DNA from: Minisyncoccota bacterium
GTDB lineage: Bacteria; Patescibacteriota; Minisyncoccia; Phycocordibacterales; Phycocordibacteraceae
Assembly (NCBI GenBank): GCA_041664265.1
Contig: JBAYLD010000002.1
Span: forward strand, 35,505 to 99,504
Direction of reading: 5' to 3'
Length of the DNA: 64,000 bases
In this document: positions 1 through 9,895 of the stretch, piece by piece
How positions within the stretch are numbered: the first letter of the stretch is position 1
Layout of the letters: each line of letters opens with the position of its first letter
Made by a program: the position numbers and the translations under genes
The notes under the pieces: model-generated
The model's input: the letters and a program-made list of their open reading frames with translations, nothing else
Told to the model about the DNA's origin: nothing
The model's database searches: none

Positions 1-87
1 CTTTGTATCTTCGCCACTGCTCATTTATTTATCAGTCGGATCAGCCATACAAGTACCTAGTTAATCTAGCAGATACCCCAGAAATCG

Positions 88-1299
88 TCAACGCGCTTCG
101 TCAACCACGACCGAGATCGAGGAAGGGTCCTGGGGGAAGGTCTGCCGCCAGAAGGGCCGGAGGATGATAATCGCCCGCTTCACCTCCGGATAGTTGGTGA
201 GCGCCACCTCGGCGGATGAGCGGGTCTCTCCGGCGATGGCAGCCGCGATACGCGCCGAATCGACCGTGTAGATAAGCGACGCGGTGCCAGAGAGGGTAAA
301 CGAAAACGACGGCGCGTCCGGGTCGAGTGTGCCATCGGGAGTGAGCTGGAGGCTATCCGTTGAAGCAAGCGTCAGCGGCTCGCCCTGATAGTTGAGGCCA
401 GCGACCGAGGAGGCGATCGCCTTGGCGAGGGCAGCATTAGGGAAGACGACTGCCGTGATGGTCCCCTGCTCTTTTATATCCGCCTGACCTGTCGTCTCGG
501 AGGGAGTCGTAGAAAGTTCCTGATAGGTAGTGACGGATGCGCCGGGCACGAGTACGTATCCTGCTGGAATCCGCTCCTCTATGCTCGCGACGAGATCGGT
601 ACCGAGAGCAGCGGTGAGAGCCTCCCTCGTCTTTGTTTCAGTCGCGGCATCTACTACCGGCACCGAGCCAGAAGCGCCACCCGTCATCGCTGCCGAGGAG
701 CGAGCATATACCTGGCTCGCTTGCGGCGTTCCGGCGAATCCGGGAACAGTGAAAGAGGTCGGGCCGACGTTATATGAATCCCCCGGCTGGTCGGCAAACG
801 CCTTCGCTGTTATGCTGCCGGGCTTCGCCGTCGTACCGCCCGGTATAGTGACCGGCGCGTGGATGCGGAAGATAAGCCCCGCAGAAGTCGCGAAGCGCGT
901 GTTCGTGACCAGCTTCTGTGCCTGTGTTTGTGTGTTGTAGATAGTGATGTTCCCTGAGGCAGAGGAGGTTACTGTTTTGGTGCCGCTCCCTGTCACGCTC
1001 TGTGACGCGGTCTTCTCCGCGGTGATTATCTCGAACGGCAGCGCACCGGCGCTCTGGCTCGCCGTGAAGGAACTCTGTACCGCAGCAGAGACAGTGTTCG
1101 GCGTGACCTCGACCTTGGCGTTAGAGAAGTAGAAGAGCGCGCCTACCGAGGCGGCGATAACGAGGACAATAACGATGAATGTTAGATAAGGGAACTGGGA
1201 CTTTTGCCGCGGCTCGCGGCCGCTGGGCGGGTTATTGGCTGGTGCTGGTGAGGTCTCTTTACGCCGAGAAGGCGGGACAATGTCATCAAGTGTGCGCAT
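88..1299 (-). CDS. Membrane-anchored CPR hypothetical protein with baseplate-J-like beta domain
   Basis: 403 aa; one N-terminal TM helix; ASGNITIYN...LVTNTRF...GLIFR...A.A.QPG..YN segment typical of this CPR family; TGGTATAAT 8 nt before ATG. Confidence 0.55.
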   Translation of the reverse strand: MRTLDDIVPPSRRKETSPAPANNPPSGREPRQKSQFPYLTFIVIVLVIAASVGALFYFSNAKVEVTPNTVSAAVQSSFTASQSAGALPFEIITAEKTASQSVTGSGTKTVTSSASGNITIYNTQTQAQKLVTNTRFATSAGLIFRIHAPVTIPGGTTAKPGSITAKAFADQPGDSYNVGPTSFTVPGFAGTPQASQVYARSSAAMTGGASGSVPVVDAATETKTREALTAALGTDLVASIEERIPAGYVLVPGASVTTYQELSTTPSETTGQADIKEQGTITAVVFPNAALAKAIASSVAGLNYQGEPLTLASTDSLQLTPDGTLDPDAPSFSFTLSGTASLIYTVDSARIAAAIAGETRSSAEVALTNYPEVKRAIIILRPFWRQTFPQDPSSISVVVDEAR

Positions 1300-1350
1300 G
1301 TCTGGGATTATACCACCTCACCCCGCCCTGCAACCCCGCTGTGTAAAAAT

Positions 1351-1373
1351 TCCGTAAGGTGACACCTTACGGA
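1351..1373. repeat. REP-like palindrome, family C (AGGTG-A/T-CACCT)
   Basis: TCCGTAAGGTG-A-CACCTTACGGA, perfect 11-bp arms, overlapping the stop codon of 1367..2401. Confidence 0.85.
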
Positions 1374-2401
1374 GTGCGATGCTGGAAGTAGAGCGACATG
1401 AGGAGGAGTTCGAGATCGGGAGGCATGGCAGTTGTTTGGCGGACAATGCCGCCGAGATGGCTCGCGAGAACGGGGACGATCTTTGGCGGATCGTCTGAGA
1501 GCCAGAGCTTGCCAAGATCTCCCGCTTCAAGCGCCTGTCGAAAAGCGGCGATCTCTGAATCGCGCGCGAGTAAGAAGATGACGCGCGGCAAGGGGTGCTT
1601 CTCCGCGATAGAGGTGAATTCGCTTATAACCTTGTCTACCCATGAGCGATCGTCGGCATCGTTCGCTATTTCGGCCAAGGCGATAAAAAGGCCCTTGTGT
1701 ACCACCGAGATAGAAATGATGGATCCCGTCGCGTCGAGGATCAGCGCGTCGCGCTCGTGCGGGAAGGCGATGCGCATCGCCTGATACCGCAACGAGCTGC
1801 CGACGATCGAGAGGATGTGCTTGGTATGGAAAATGCCGCGAAGCGTTGCGTTGATACTGCCAGCTATCCTTTCGTCAATGAGCGATGTGAGGACGATAAC
1901 CGAGGCGCGGTGCGCCTTTCTGCCATATGGATCACGCGTCTCATATCCGTTTAAGATGGTGCCGATGATGCTCTCATTAGCGAGTATCTTCCTTGGCGTT
2001 GATGCCCTCGTTTTCTCGAGTGCCGTGGCAACCATGCTTTTGGTGAAGGTGAAGGGGTGATTCCGCTCGAAATTCTCTGTGCGTACGCTGGTCTCTTGCC
2101 AAGGAGTATCGATCGAGACGAGAATAGTGTCGCTGCGGCCGGTCCCGATGGCGCGCATGAGGATCGGCGTGCCCTCGCGGATCATCTCATTGCCAAGTAT
2201 CGCGAGGGCACGCAGCATCGCCTTCTCGTGCAATTCATCCTTTCGAACCTCTATAGGGAGACGGCGGGTGTAGAGCAGTGTCGGCGCTCCCTTCTCTGTA
2301 TAGTGCGCATACGCACCCGCGACCGACCCCACACCGATATTGATCAGTACGACCGGCTCCACGCCTCTCTCATTGTGGAATAGCTTTTGCAAAAAACTCA
2401 T
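1367..2401 (-). CDS. Divergent FtsA/PilM-like actin-fold protein
   Basis: 344 aa; VLINIGVGSV and LILDATGS resemble degenerate phosphate-1 and phosphate-2 motifs; LNGY motif. Confidence 0.45.
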   Translation of the reverse strand: MSFLQKLFHNERGVEPVVLINIGVGSVAGAYAHYTEKGAPTLLYTRRLPIEVRKDELHEKAMLRALAILGNEMIREGTPILMRAIGTGRSDTILVSIDTPWQETSVRTENFERNHPFTFTKSMVATALEKTRASTPRKILANESIIGTILNGYETRDPYGRKAHRASVIVLTSLIDERIAGSINATLRGIFHTKHILSIVGSSLRYQAMRIAFPHERDALILDATGSIISISVVHKGLFIALAEIANDADDRSWVDKVISEFTSIAEKHPLPRVIFLLARDSEIAAFRQALEAGDLGKLWLSDDPPKIVPVLASHLGGIVRQTTAMPPDLELLLMSLYFQHRTP

Positions 2402-2405
2402 TCAC

Positions 2406-4154
2406 TTATTCTAACACTGCCTTGATACGCCGGACGCCGGCAGAGGACGCTTCTTCTTTCATAATCTTGAAATGACCAAGCTCAGCAGTGTTGTGCACAT
2501 GCGGCCCGCCGCAAAATTCTAGAGATGAACCGATGCGATAGACCGACACCATGTCGGGATATTTTGCACCAAACTCATGCTCAGCCCCGAGTTTCTCAGC
2601 CTCTTCTTTCGGTAGGGTAAGGTGTTCGACCGGCAGTGCCTGCTCAATCTGCTCGTTCACGATCTTCTCCACTTCTGCAATTTGCTCCGGAACCATCTTC
2701 TGTCCGTAGGAGAAATCAATGCGCAGGCGCTCGCCGGTGATATTGCTCCCCCGCTGGTGCACCTCGCTCCCAAGCACTCTTTGGAGCGCATTAAGGAGCA
2801 GGTGGTGCGCGGTGTGGAGCTTGGTGGTCGCCTCGCTCGCATCGGCGAGCCCGCCGGTAAACTTCTGTGCGGCGCCCGATCGCGAGAGCGCCTGATGCTC
2901 CGCCATCTTTGCCCGCACGACATCTATATCAATCGTGATACCGCGTTCTCTGGCGATTTCTTCAGTGAGTTCGATCGGGAATCCGTAGGTGGTGAAGAGC
3001 ATGAATGCATCAACGTTACTTCCCATCTTCTCCAGCTCGCGGAGGCCGTGTGAGAGCGTTTTCCTAAACTGCATTTCTTCTGCACGGAACTCGTCTTCAT
3101 GTCCTCCGGCAATCTCGCCGAGTATCGCCTCTTTAATACTGAGACGATCCATTTCGCGTATTGCGCGACGGATAAGGCGGCGCAGAACATATCCTTGCTC
3201 TGTGTTTGTAGGATGAAGTCCTGCATCAAACATGACGGAAGCCGCACGCACATGGTCCAAAATGATCCTGAACGCCCGAAGTTTGGACATCGTAAGTCCC
3301 GTATCTGATACGGGACTTACGATGTCCCTATATTGCATGCCCGAATGTTTTTCAAGCACCGCGCGCGCGGCATCAAAGGTGTCAATCAGAAAGACGTCAG
3401 AATTATCTCGTGTCGCCGCAGTCAGTCGCTCAAGGCCGCCGCCGAAATCGACGTTTTGTTGCGGGAGTTTGTCGAACGAGCCGCTCCCATTTTTCACATA
3501 CTCCATAAAGACCGAATTGCCGATCTCCATGAAGCGCCCACAATCGCAGTTCGGGTGGCACGTTTCTCCAAAGGCTGGGTCATGTGGCGTACCAAAATCA
3601 AAAAATATTTCAGAATCAGGACCGCCCAGCTCCCCTGCTGGCATCTTGTCAGGCGTACCGGAACGGCTCCACCAATTCTTCTTCGCATCATAAAAATGAA
3701 TGTGATCTTCAGGCACTCCTAATTTTTTCCAAATCTCTGCCGATTCGGTATCTCTTGGTAGATTAAACACTTCATCTCCGGCAAAGCAGGTCACCCAGAG
3801 CCGGTCCTTCGGGAGTTCGAGTTCTGTCGTTAAAAATTCGTAGAGCCACGGCAACTGCTCTTGTTTGAAATAATCCCCGAGCGACCAATTGCCGAGCATT
3901 TCAAAAAAAGTCGTGTGGCGATTGTCACCCACTTCTTCAATATCCTGTGCGCGGAAGCAGGTTTGTGAATTCGCTAATCGCTTCCCCGCCGAGTGCGGCT
4001 GGCCGAGAAGATATGGCACCAGGGGCTGCATGCCGCTGCTAGTGAAGAGCGTCGTCGGGTCGTTCTCGGGCACGATCGGTGCCGAGGGGATAATCGTGTG
4101 CCCTCGCTTGGCGAAAAACTCCAGATAGCGCCTGCGCACCTCGTTGACGGTCAT
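2406..4154 (-). CDS. alaS: Alanine--tRNA ligase, shortened form lacking the C-Ala domain
   Basis: DPTTLFTSSGMQP, HTTFFEMLGNWS, editing motifs HTAHH and EFCGGPHV. Confidence 0.97.
   Translation of the reverse strand: MTVNEVRRRYLEFFAKRGHTIIPSAPIVPENDPTTLFTSSGMQPLVPYLLGQPHSAGKRLANSQTCFRAQDIEEVGDNRHTTFFEMLGNWSLGDYFKQEQLPWLYEFLTTELELPKDRLWVTCFAGDEVFNLPRDTESAEIWKKLGVPEDHIHFYDAKKNWWSRSGTPDKMPAGELGGPDSEIFFDFGTPHDPAFGETCHPNCDCGRFMEIGNSVFMEYVKNGSGSFDKLPQQNVDFGGGLERLTAATRDNSDVFLIDTFDAARAVLEKHSGMQYRDIVSPVSDTGLTMSKLRAFRIILDHVRAASVMFDAGLHPTNTEQGYVLRRLIRRAIREMDRLSIKEAILGEIAGGHEDEFRAEEMQFRKTLSHGLRELEKMGSNVDAFMLFTTYGFPIELTEEIARERGITIDIDVVRAKMAEHQALSRSGAAQKFTGGLADASEATTKLHTAHHLLLNALQRVLGSEVHQRGSNITGERLRIDFSYGQKMVPEQIAEVEKIVNEQIEQALPVEHLTLPKEEAEKLGAEHEFGAKYPDMVSVYRIGSSLEFCGGPHVHNTAELGHFKIMKEEASSAGVRRIKAVLE
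3285..3327. repeat. REPIN-like palindrome, family A, in-frame within alaS
   Basis: GGACATCGTAAGTCCCGTATC-T-GATACGGGACTTACGATGTCC, perfect 21-bp arms. Confidence 0.9.
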
Positions 4155-4216
4155 ATGACCAAAGTATCGTGCCCTGGCATTTTACGCAATGCAAAATAAA
4201 GCGTATATTGCGCATA

Positions 4217-5488
4217 ATGAAATACGACATCCACACACTTAAAAACGGTCTTCGAGTCATCCTTGTGCCCATGAAGGAGGCGGCTACGGCAACCGCGATC
4301 ATTATGACCGGCACGGGCTCACGGTATGAAAATAAGAAAGAAAATGGGCTCGCCCACTTTCTCGAACACATGTTCTTCAAGGGCACAAAAAAACGACCAA
4401 ACGCACAGACTATCAGCAGCGAGCTCGAGGCGATCGGGAGCGTCTATAATGCTTTTACCGCAAAGGATCATACCGCTTATTGGGCTAAGGTGTCGAAACA
4501 GTACCTCGATACGGCGATCGATGTGTTGAGCGATATGTTCCTCAACTCGACACTGGCATCGAAGGAAATCACGAAAGAACGCGGCACCATTATCCAAGAG
4601 ATCGACATGTATGAAGACATGCCGATGAACAACGTGGACAATGTGTTCGAGGAGCTCATCTTCGGTGCGGAGCATCCGCTCGGGCGAACGATTCTTGGGC
4701 CGAAGGAAAATATTCGTACGTTCAGCCGAAAAGATTTTGCAGAATATTTGAAAAGGAACTACACCTCCGAGAACACGGTCGTCTGCATCGCAGGGTCATT
4801 CTCCACCCCGAAGGTGCTTGCAAAAATTCGCCGGGGGTTCGGGCAAATTAAACAAATCAAACAGCCGGCACTCGTGCCGTTTACCGGCGCACAATCTGCG
4901 CCGCGTATCGCGATTAAAGAAAAGAAAACAGACCAAACGCACCTTATGCTTGGCGTGCCCAGTTATCCGTATCTGCATAAAGACGAATATGCGCTCGCGG
5001 TGCTCGCGACTATCCTCGGACAAGGCATGAGCAGTCGCATCTTTATTGAAGTACGTGAAAAACGCGGGCTCGCGTATTCTGTGCGCGCATGGGCGGAGAA
5101 ATATCCCGATACCGGCTATTTCGTCGTGCAGGCAGGTATAGACCACAAGAAGGTACAAAAAGTAGTCGAGACGATCCTTGCTGAATTCAGGAAAATAAAA
5201 CGCGAAAATGTTTCGGCGGCAGAGCTGAAGAAAGCGAAGTCATTTATCAAAGGCACCCTGACGATTTCGCTTGAAACGAGCGACGGAGTTGCCGGCAACG
5301 CGGCTTCATCGCTTATAGCCATCGGCAAGATCCGCACGCTAGAAGAGAGCTTAAGAAATATCGACAAGGTTACCGCCGCTGACATTAAACGCGTTGCGAA
5401 TGACATTTTCCGCACCGAAAAACTGAACCTCGCCATAATCGGCCCGCAATCGCAGAAAGAAAAATTCCTTTCCCTTTTGCGCATCTAG
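4217..5488 (+). CDS. M16 family zinc peptidase
   Basis: Inverted zincin HFLEHMFFKGT, NAFT and REKRGLAY motifs; start moved to ATG 4217. Confidence 0.93.
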   Translation: MKYDIHTLKNGLRVILVPMKEAATATAIIMTGTGSRYENKKENGLAHFLEHMFFKGTKKRPNAQTISSELEAIGSVYNAFTAKDHTAYWAKVSKQYLDTAIDVLSDMFLNSTLASKEITKERGTIIQEIDMYEDMPMNNVDNVFEELIFGAEHPLGRTILGPKENIRTFSRKDFAEYLKRNYTSENTVVCIAGSFSTPKVLAKIRRGFGQIKQIKQPALVPFTGAQSAPRIAIKEKKTDQTHLMLGVPSYPYLHKDEYALAVLATILGQGMSSRIFIEVREKRGLAYSVRAWAEKYPDTGYFVVQAGIDHKKVQKVVETILAEFRKIKRENVSAAELKKAKSFIKGTLTISLETSDGVAGNAASSLIAIGKIRTLEESLRNIDKVTAADIKRVANDIFRTEKLNLAIIGPQSQKEKFLSLLRI

Positions 5489-5533
5489 ATATCCTCTATT
5501 ATCTACGACCGTTACAAATAAGTGAGATTCATT

Positions 5534-6205
5534 CTATATCCAATTGATTGGCGTTTGGCCGCGAGAAGCGAGGTAGGCGTTCGCCTTAGAGAAGTGCTTA
5601 GAGCCGAAGAAGCCAGAGGCGGCGGAGAAGGGCGAGGGGTGCGGCGCTTCGAGGACGAGATGTTTGGTGCGATCAATATGCGCTCCCTTCGCCTTCGCGT
5701 AGTTGCCCCAGAGCATGAAGACGAGATGCTCGCTCTCATCTCCGAGCGTGCGGATTACAGCGTCGGTAAATTGCTCCCAGCCGTGATTTTGATGCGAACC
5801 AGCGTTATGAGCACGAACAGTGAGCGTCGCGTTGAGCAACAAAACGCCCTGTTTTGCCCATCGCGATAGATCGCCGTTATTTTTTGTAGACACCGGGTGT
5901 CCACAATCACTTTCGATCTCTTTGAAGATGTTTTGTAGAGATGGAGGTACGGCAATTTTTTCATCCACTGCAAAAGCCAATCCATTCGCCTGCCCTATTC
6001 CGTGATACGGGTCCTGACCAAGAATCACCACTTTTACCTTATCAAAAGGACACAAGTCGAATGCGCGAAAAATGTTCTTAGGCGCGGGGTACACCTTCCC
6101 TTCTTTGTATTCACTCTTCACAAAGGCCGTGAGCTTTACGAAATATTCCTTTTCAAACTCGCCTCCCAAATGCTTCGCCCATAATGATTCTATCTTTACG
6201 GTCAT
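5534..6205 (-). CDS. ung: Uracil-DNA glycosylase, family 1
   Basis: GQDPYH, PPSL, GVLLLN, HPSP motifs; start could be 6259 instead. Confidence 0.96.
   Translation of the reverse strand: MTVKIESLWAKHLGGEFEKEYFVKLTAFVKSEYKEGKVYPAPKNIFRAFDLCPFDKVKVVILGQDPYHGIGQANGLAFAVDEKIAVPPSLQNIFKEIESDCGHPVSTKNNGDLSRWAKQGVLLLNATLTVRAHNAGSHQNHGWEQFTDAVIRTLGDESEHLVFMLWGNYAKAKGAHIDRTKHLVLEAPHPSPFSAASGFFGSKHFSKANAYLASRGQTPINWI
5885..5905. repeat. REP-like palindrome, family D, within ung
   Basis: TGTAGACACC-G-GGTGTCCACA; one mismatch to the intergenic copy at 48831. Confidence 0.75.
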
Positions 6206-6245
6206 ACTCCTTTTGATGGACACTCCGTGTCCATCATTTTTTCGT

Positions 6246-7034
6246 TCATGTTCCTGCATTTTTCTTCTTATTTTCAGTATGTAGAGCGAGCAGTTTCTTC
6301 CCCGCCATGTCGCGGTACTGGCAATAGTCGCAGTCCGGATGTGCGTCGGGTATCGCGTCGCTGTCGAGGCATTTTTTTATATTCAAGAGCGTACGCTCTA
6401 TCCAAGAATCATCGCCCTCGTAGGGTATAAGCGTCAATTCAAAATTAAGGACACCGTCAAACGCCCCCCTGTCTTTGTCGGCATTCGCATAAACGAAATA
6501 GCCGGTGTTAGAAACCTTGAAGCCGCTTCTCCGGAAGAGCCATTGGTAGGTCTCCATCTGGCGCTTGTATCCCTCATGCCAGTCTTCGTCGAGGGATTCT
6601 ATCCGCGCGTCCTTACTGGTCGATTTGTAATCAACAATGATGAGCTCGCCGTCAGGCTTGACCCACACGTCATCTATCGCTCCCGATATCCGGAACCCTG
6701 TCGGCTCATGCGTAATTTCTATGCCTTTAAAGTTCTCGCGCCAGACATTCAGGTTCGCGTGTTCGAAAGGAATAGCGTCGAGCCCATAGGCCTGCATGAG
6801 CGGATGAGTCGTCGCCTCAGCTCGGTGGATATCAAACTCCTTTTTTAGCAGTGCATCAACGGCAGAGTTCAGGCTGAAGGGATAGCCGGGCGGTCGGGCG
6901 GTGCCGAGCTTGTTATCCAGATAAAAGCAACGCGGGCAGTCAATGAATAAGCTTATCTTCGACCGTGAGAGTCGCCAATTACTGCCGCCATAATTCCATC
7001 CGGGATTCCGATCCGGCTTGTAGTATTTGCTCAT
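6246..7034 (-). CDS. PD-(D/E)XK nuclease family protein (Cas4/RecB-like, Cys cluster)
   Basis: CPRCFY, GAIDDV...IVDYKS, QMETY, C-terminal CDYC. Confidence 0.85.
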   Translation of the reverse strand: MSKYYKPDRNPGWNYGGSNWRLSRSKISLFIDCPRCFYLDNKLGTARPPGYPFSLNSAVDALLKKEFDIHRAEATTHPLMQAYGLDAIPFEHANLNVWRENFKGIEITHEPTGFRISGAIDDVWVKPDGELIIVDYKSTSKDARIESLDEDWHEGYKRQMETYQWLFRRSGFKVSNTGYFVYANADKDRGAFDGVLNFELTLIPYEGDDSWIERTLLNIKKCLDSDAIPDAHPDCDYCQYRDMAGKKLLALHTENKKKNAGT

Positions 7035-7552
7035 GGCGTGGTTTTGAAATACGCGACCACGGATGCGCCGGTGTCAAAATCGACGTAGACGCTATTGACG
7101 GCGAAATCAAAGGTACCGTTTCCGTCATCGCGATACAGTTCAACGGCATATGATCGGCCCGGCTCGGTCGCCCGCAGAAGCTGCACAGGCACGGAGCTAC
7201 GAGGGCCATCTACGCGCGCGGCGCCAAGCACGTTCCCGAGGTTGCCGCTGGTTACCTCGCGCACGGCGACCCAGACACCCGGTGGCGGCACCGTGATCGA
7301 CTCGACCATAACCACGCTACCGGAGGATTGGTCTGCCACGGATACTGCGCCGCTCTTTTCTGTACCAAGGTTGGCGTCTTGTGTGCCGGAAAGAGGAGAG
7401 TCTGCTCCCCGCTGGTCGATAGGCAAAACAGGGAGAGAGAAGTTGCCGCTGAGGAAATAGGAGCCCGCGAGCAAGGCGCCGAGCATGATTCCGGCAACGA
7501 AGGAACCGACCGAGAAGCCGAAGGTACTGGTAGAGAAAGTGTTGCGCGTCAT
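7031..7552 (-). CDS. Membrane-anchored hypothetical protein (Ig-like extracellular domain)
   Basis: N-terminal TM helix; ATGA overlaps with both neighbours. Confidence 0.6.
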   Translation of the reverse strand: MTRNTFSTSTFGFSVGSFVAGIMLGALLAGSYFLSGNFSLPVLPIDQRGADSPLSGTQDANLGTEKSGAVSVADQSSGSVVMVESITVPPPGVWVAVREVTSGNLGNVLGAARVDGPRSSVPVQLLRATEPGRSYAVELYRDDGNGTFDFAVNSVYVDFDTGASVVAYFKTTP

Positions 7553-8418
7553 AGAGAAGAGCTGTTGTCCGCAGCACCAGGGAGCTCAAGGAGCCCATCG
7601 GCCTCTGCGAGGAGTTCGCCGATCCTCTCAGGTGACAAATGCAGCACGTCAAGTGCACGACGATCTTTCATAATAGTGTCGACCGCGATCACTCCCTGTT
7701 CGATAAGGAGCCGCTTCTCGGCGTGGGAAATACCGGTCAAGGTGGTGATCGGATACACTTTCGCGCGGCTCATGCGCATGAAGAGGCTGTTATCCGTCGG
7801 ATAGCCCCATCCGAGGAGTTCGACGCCCGCGCATTCGCCATACGCGATGGCTTCAGAGGTGAACTTAGTGTTCGTCACCAAGAGTCCACGGTCGATTGGA
7901 CACACGCGAGCTCCCTCGTTGCAGGAAAAAATGTCCTCGAAGCGGCTCTTCACATACAGGGCGACTTTCAGGTCAGTCTTGTAACTCGGGTCGTTATGAT
8001 ACTTCAACTCGGCGGCGAGATGGACGCCTTGTTCCGGATGCGATGCGTAGAGATCGATCTCGTGCATCACGCATCTTCCTTGCAGCAATTTGCGTGTCTC
8101 GACCTGCCATCCTTCTGCGCGATAGAGGTGTGAGACGAAGTCTTCAAATGGGTGACCGGTAGGCCCGAGCTCAAGAAGCGCACGTCGGAGCGCATAGCGG
8201 GCAGCGATCGGACGAGCCTCTTTGCGCAAGAGTGCGAAGGCGCGTGCATAAATCTCTCGCGAGGGAGCTCCCGGCACGACGGTGCTCGTGATTGCCTCGG
8301 CTATGCGTGCCGCGGTGTGTTCGCCTGCTCCTGCTCGTTTCAGAGAGATACCGAGGCGCACAGGATCAAAGATCTCGCTCGACCCATCGGCCTTAACGAT
8401 AGTTGGGAGAGGCGTCAT
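7549..8418 (-). CDS. ATP-cone domain plus Mrr-like restriction endonuclease
   Basis: IVKADGSSEIFD ATP-cone start; GHPFE, EIDL...ELKYH, LVTNTKF nuclease motifs; start 8418 overlaps the upstream stop. Confidence 0.8.
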   Translation of the reverse strand: MTPLPTIVKADGSSEIFDPVRLGISLKRAGAGEHTAARIAEAITSTVVPGAPSREIYARAFALLRKEARPIAARYALRRALLELGPTGHPFEDFVSHLYRAEGWQVETRKLLQGRCVMHEIDLYASHPEQGVHLAAELKYHNDPSYKTDLKVALYVKSRFEDIFSCNEGARVCPIDRGLLVTNTKFTSEAIAYGECAGVELLGWGYPTDNSLFMRMSRAKVYPITTLTGISHAEKRLLIEQGVIAVDTIMKDRRALDVLHLSPERIGELLAEADGLLELPGAADNSSSL

Positions 8419-8825
8419 AGTCTGCTTGTCGTCGCTATACTCCCGTTCACTGTCGCGAATATCGGCAAATCGACAGGTGCAGAGATTGTTGCAGAGAATG
8501 TCGCGCGCGTTGGCACCTGCAAGCATACTCCTCCGTCATCTACAAGCGTGAGTGCGACTAAAATGCCGCTCTCTGATCCTTCGCCCGCCAGAGAAGCCTC
8601 GGCACCTACGCTTGTGCAGGCATTTGGGGCCTCGAGTGATCCGGTAATCGTGTGCACCCCTTTTTTAAAAGAATCGCGCAGGGCAACGGATGGCGTGTGT
8701 GTCACTTCGGCGCGCGAGAGTGGCGCCTGGGCAACGTCGCCCGTCCGCGGTACCGAGAATACGAAACTCACGATGAGAAAAAAAACGATGATGGCCGCGG
8801 CGATCCAGAGGCGTGTATGGCTCAT
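8415..8825 (-). CDS. Small exported hypothetical protein
   Basis: N-terminal TM/signal; PNAC...CLQV Cys pair; translationally coupled to mnmA. Confidence 0.6.
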   Translation of the reverse strand: MSHTRLWIAAAIIVFFLIVSFVFSVPRTGDVAQAPLSRAEVTHTPSVALRDSFKKGVHTITGSLEAPNACTSVGAEASLAGEGSESGILVALTLVDDGGVCLQVPTRATFSATISAPVDLPIFATVNGSIATTSRL

Positions 8826-9802
8826 GCGACAATAATACCACCACCGGCCAACTCGCCGCTATGACTTGCTTCGCCGGAAGCGCTGACGCGAGGCGAGTAA
8901 AAAACGATCGACTGGCCGGGCGCAGGGATATCGGGCAGCGACTGTGCGGGGATGAAGCAATCCCCTTCAACCCTTCCTTGTATGTGCGGACCGCGATAAC
9001 GGTACTGAGCCTCGGTGACGCGCGCCGACGCGGCAAACCAATTTGCATCGGTGAAGGAGATCTCATGCATCGGCGCGGATCGCGTCCTTGCGGTTCTGAT
9101 CTCTTTTTTTTCAACGTCCTTCCCGATTACATACCACACGTCATTCGATCCTTCTTTTCCGATGCGTTGGCCGATAGTGTACAAAAGCGCCGGGTTAGCA
9201 CTCCCCAATTCACGCAATAAAAATTCTTTGATGGAGACCGCACCGAGGAAGCAGACGCCCTGGCTGTCTTTCTTCTCTGCGACCGGCAGGTTGAATTTTT
9301 TTGCGAGCTTGCGTACGTCTTCTTTCTTCATGTTCCCTACCGGAAACAGTGTTGCGTCCACTATATCCTTGGGCACGGCCCAGAGGAAGTAGCTCTGGTC
9401 CTTTTCGCCCGCGCGATAATGCCCCATCGCGATCGCATCAGCGCCGGCATCCATCGCGAAGCGATAACATGCGCCGAACTTTACCTCCTTATTGCACATC
9501 ACATCGGGATTTGGTGTCCGACCGGAGCGATATTCTTCGAGCAGATATTCAACAACGCTTTTTTTATACTCCGCACTTGCGTCAAAAGTAAGGAATGGGA
9601 TCCGGAGCCGCGCCGCCACCCGCATCGCATCGCGGCGCTCTGTGGCCCAGGTACACGGCATCCCAGGCGGATACCAGCCTTTGATAAACACGCCTGTCAC
9701 GCGTGCGCCAGCCCTCTGCAAGAGCGCGGCAGACACCGCGGAGTCCACGCCTCCAGACAGGCCAACAAACACTTTTTTCCCGCGCACCTCTTTCATCTCC
9801 AT
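8822..9802 (-). CDS. mnmA: tRNA 2-thiouridylase MnmA (compact)
   Basis: SGGVDS, TPNPDVMCN, KDQSYFL, DSQGVCF, PGQ motifs. Confidence 0.95.
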   Translation of the reverse strand: MEMKEVRGKKVFVGLSGGVDSAVSAALLQRAGARVTGVFIKGWYPPGMPCTWATERRDAMRVAARLRIPFLTFDASAEYKKSVVEYLLEEYRSGRTPNPDVMCNKEVKFGACYRFAMDAGADAIAMGHYRAGEKDQSYFLWAVPKDIVDATLFPVGNMKKEDVRKLAKKFNLPVAEKKDSQGVCFLGAVSIKEFLLRELGSANPALLYTIGQRIGKEGSNDVWYVIGKDVEKKEIRTARTRSAPMHEISFTDANWFAASARVTEAQYRYRGPHIQGRVEGDCFIPAQSLPDIPAPGQSIVFYSPRVSASGEASHSGELAGGGIIVA

Positions 9803-9821
9803 GCGTGTATGTAACCATGAT

Positions 9822-9850
9822 TTGACTTTATTCGATAGTGTTGATAAGCT
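9822..9850 (+). promoter_or_regulatory. sigma70-type promoter of NUDIX cassette
   Basis: TTGACT-N17-TAAGCT, followed by AAGGAGG SD before 9896. Confidence 0.6.
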
Positions 9851-9895
9851 ATATCCGGATTGAAATAAAAATAAAGATGGAGAAAGGAGGTTCGC

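Noticed and set aside
2406-4154. Truncated AlaS, compact MnmA and HhH-less UvrC as pseudogenes
   Set aside because: Catalytic motifs and reading frames are intact, and such shortening is usual in reduced CPR genomes.
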